Part shown: positions 62,115 to 64,000 of the stretch, in pieces | Layout of the letters: every line of letters starts with the position of its first letter | Numbering within the stretch: position 1 is the first letter of the stretch | Assembly: GCA_028280845.1 (NCBI GenBank) | Contig: JANQKZ010000006.1 | Coordinates: 135,512-199,511 of the forward strand | Reading direction: 5' to 3' | Length of the DNA: 64,000 bases | From: Opitutales bacterium | Lineage (GTDB): Bacteria; Verrucomicrobiota; Verrucomicrobiia; Opitutales; JABSRG01 | Position numbers and translations under genes: made by a program | Notes under the pieces: model-generated | Seen by the model: the letters and a program-made list of their open reading frames with translations, nothing else | What the model was told of the DNA's origin: nothing | Databases searched by the model: none

Positions 62115-63841
62115 AGAACGCACCAGACAGGCCCGGAGTCCGTTGGGCTGTCCTTCTGGCATTTGCCACCGGGGCGCTTCTGCTCGTCTGGGCTTCCGGA
62201 AAATGGGACCTCGGAAACCTGCAGAATTGGACCGAAGACCCGCCGCTCAATATTTCCCCGACCGGCTGGTTTTTTATTTTCCTCTTCAGCACCTTCATCA
62301 CCGAAGACCTCACCTGCATTTTTGCGGGCTTGCTCATCAGCCAGGGAGTGGTCGATTTCCTGCCGGCTACCCTGGCCTGTTTTACTGGAATTTTCCTCGG
62401 AGACGGCGCACTCTTTCTCATCGGAAGGTATTGGGGGCGAGATGCACTTCAATGGAAATGGGTCCGCAAACTTATTTCCCCTCAGGCCGAAGCCAGGGCC
62501 GAACGTTTTTTCAAAGCACGGGGTCCCTGGATTATTTTGGCCACTCGCTTTCTTCCTGGGGCTCGCCTTCCTACCTATTTCGCAGCCGGGGTCATGCGAA
62601 GCCACCCAGGATCGTTTTTTTTCTATTTTGCCTTGGCTGGACTTGCATGGACTCCGCTCCTGGTCGGTTTGGCCGTCATCGTGGGCAATCAGCTCATCCC
62701 CACGTTCGAGTCCTACGCGGCCTGGGCCCTTCCCGCCTTCCTGGTGACCGGCGCCTTTTTGTTTCTCTCTTTGCGGTCGATCGAGCGCTTGGCCACCTGG
62801 AAAGGACGCCAACTCCTGAAATCAAGATTTCACCGCTGGAACCAGTGGGAGTTCTGGCCCCCTTTTTTGTTTTATCCTCCGGTGGTTCTCTATGTCGCCT
62901 GGCTCGGCCTCCGCTATCGGAGCATCACGCTTCCTGGCCTGGCCAATCCGGGAATACCCCTTGGTGGATTTGTTGGGGAATCAAAATCAGACATTCTTCA
63001 CTCCCTTCAAACCCATCGGCCGAATGCCATCGCCCGGTTCATCTGCCTGGATAGCCAGGATGCGTCAGCTTCTCTGGAGACCATCCGCCAGTTTCAGAGT
63101 GCCCTGAAGCAGCCTTGGCCAATCGTATGGAAACCTGACACAGGTGAGCGAGGTAAAGGCGTTCATATCCTGGAGAATGAGGAGATGTTGAAAGCAGCCC
63201 TTTCCGATAACCCCGGACGGTTTATCATCCAGGAGTATATTGAGGGGCTCGAGTTTGGGGTGTTCTACATCCATTACCCGGGAGCCGCAAAGGGGGAGAT
63301 CTTCTCCATCACAGACAAACAACTCCTCACCGTCACAGGAGATGGTAAAAGTACGCTTTGCCGCTTAATCCTCCAGCATCCGCGAGCACTTAGCATGGCC
63401 CCCACCTTTCTCAAACGGTTTCCCGATGCGGAGGACCGGGTGCCGCAAAAAGGAGAGACGGTGAAACTCGTGGAGGTGGGAACCCATTGCCAGGGTGCAC
63501 TCTTTCTCGATTCCACTCGGGAAGCCACCGCCGCCTTGGAACAAACTATCCGCAGAATATCTGAAGGACTCCCGGGATTTCATTTCGGGCGTTATGATTT
63601 GAGGGTGCCTAGCCTGGAAGATCTTAAAGCCGGACAACATCTGAAAGTTCTCGAACTCAATGGGCTGACCTCAGAAGCCACCCACATTTACCATCCGGGA
63701 ACCCCTCTCTGGAAAGCCTACGGAACTCTATTTCGGCAATGGAGGCATGCTTTCGCCATTGGAGCGATAAACCGCAAAGCCGGGGCCACTCCCCCCTCTC
63801 TCATGGAAGTAGGCAAAGCTTTATGGAACCATTACCGATAG
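62111..63841 (+). CDS. Fusion protein: DedA/VTT-domain membrane region + C-terminal ATP-grasp ligase
   Basis: The N-terminal 200 aa or so (…FITEDLTCIFAGLLISQG…GIFLGDGALFLIGRYWGR…ILATRFLPGARLPTYFAAG…) are DedA/SNARE-associated. The C-terminal 330 aa or so (…IVWKPDTGERGKGVHIL…FIIQEYIEG…LRVPSLEDLKAGQHLKVLELNG…) are ATP-grasp. The TTG start overlaps the upstream stop (TTGA), and there is no in-frame ATG nearby. Confidence 0.65.
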   Translation: MKNAPDRPGVRWAVLLAFATGALLLVWASGKWDLGNLQNWTEDPPLNISPTGWFFIFLFSTFITEDLTCIFAGLLISQGVVDFLPATLACFTGIFLGDGALFLIGRYWGRDALQWKWVRKLISPQAEARAERFFKARGPWIILATRFLPGARLPTYFAAGVMRSHPGSFFFYFALAGLAWTPLLVGLAVIVGNQLIPTFESYAAWALPAFLVTGAFLFLSLRSIERLATWKGRQLLKSRFHRWNQWEFWPPFLFYPPVVLYVAWLGLRYRSITLPGLANPGIPLGGFVGESKSDILHSLQTHRPNAIARFICLDSQDASASLETIRQFQSALKQPWPIVWKPDTGERGKGVHILENEEMLKAALSDNPGRFIIQEYIEGLEFGVFYIHYPGAAKGEIFSITDKQLLTVTGDGKSTLCRLILQHPRALSMAPTFLKRFPDAEDRVPQKGETVKLVEVGTHCQGALFLDSTREATAALEQTIRRISEGLPGFHFGRYDLRVPSLEDLKAGQHLKVLELNGLTSEATHIYHPGTPLWKAYGTLFRQWRHAFAIGAINRKAGATPPSLMEVGKALWNHYR

Positions 63842-63862
63842 GGATGGACTGTTAGGCTGTCT

Positions 63863-64000
63863 ATGACCCTTAAAACAGAAATAGCGATTCGGGAGCTGAC
63901 GCCTGCTGATTCACACTTTCAGAAGGAAATGACCTACATTGCCCTTTGGGATCCACCCGGAAGCTCAAGGCGCCCCCGGTCGGTCCTCGAGCATCCCAAG
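63863..64000 (+). CDS. Partial CDS (5' end), possibly a GNAT acetyltransferase
   Basis: The ATG at 63863 opens a frame that stays open to the window end (MTLKTEIAIRELTPADSHFQKEMTYIALWDPPG...). The IRELTPAD start is typical of GNATs, but 46 aa is too little to be sure. Confidence 0.3.
   Translation, partial: MTLKTEIAIRELTPADSHFQKEMTYIALWDPPGSSRRPRSVLEHPK

Overview
This is a gene-dense, GC-rich 64-kb chromosomal segment from a diderm bacterium, as shown by TolC-, TonB-C-, LpxH-, LpxR- and LolA-like genes. The gene content and a histone-H1-like protein hint at Verrucomicrobiota/PVC, but that is inference only. I can support about 55 protein-coding genes or pseudogenes, one tRNA-Asp(GTC), several hairpin terminators and a few repeats. 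I saw no rRNA, CRISPR array, transposase or integrase. Ordinary content includes nadK, miaA, xylA-xylB with a divergent xylR-like regulator, GH5, PhoD, a GH13 amylase, ggt, and nifJ (PFOR) with a DHOD-like partner. The centrepiece, at about 7.9-27.4 kb, is a class II lanthipeptide cluster. It has a LanM with a ProcM-like CCG zinc site and two tandem NHLP-leader precursors whose cores both read R-(C-x-x-S/T)x3. It also carries the full NHLM-type export set (TolC, HlyD-type adaptor, C39-ABC, second long ABC). Its tailoring complement is unusually rich: an LLM flavin oxidoreductase overlapping lanM, two paralogous two-lobed GNATs, and an arginase-related UPF0489-like protein translationally coupled to a JmjC/cupin oxygenase. 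Upstream in the same operon lie an S41-like peptidase and an SdpA/SdpB(HTTM)-like pair. Convergent with the cluster is the RimK-like ATP-grasp / 7TM inactive-transglutaminase / retropepsin-like triad. Other accessory items are vapBC, a 5'-truncated alpha/beta-hydrolase remnant, and an MMPL transporter fused to a cNMP-binding domain with a LolA-like partner. There is also an AKKA-repeat histone-like protein with a CBM-like domain. A lower-GC islet beside tRNA-Asp is bounded by 77-bp direct repeats and contains an enolase pseudogene. A translationally coupled DinB-like / NRDE / DedA::ATP-grasp / GNAT-like operon closes the window. All functional calls rest on motif recognition by eye in the supplied translations; no database search or computation was run.
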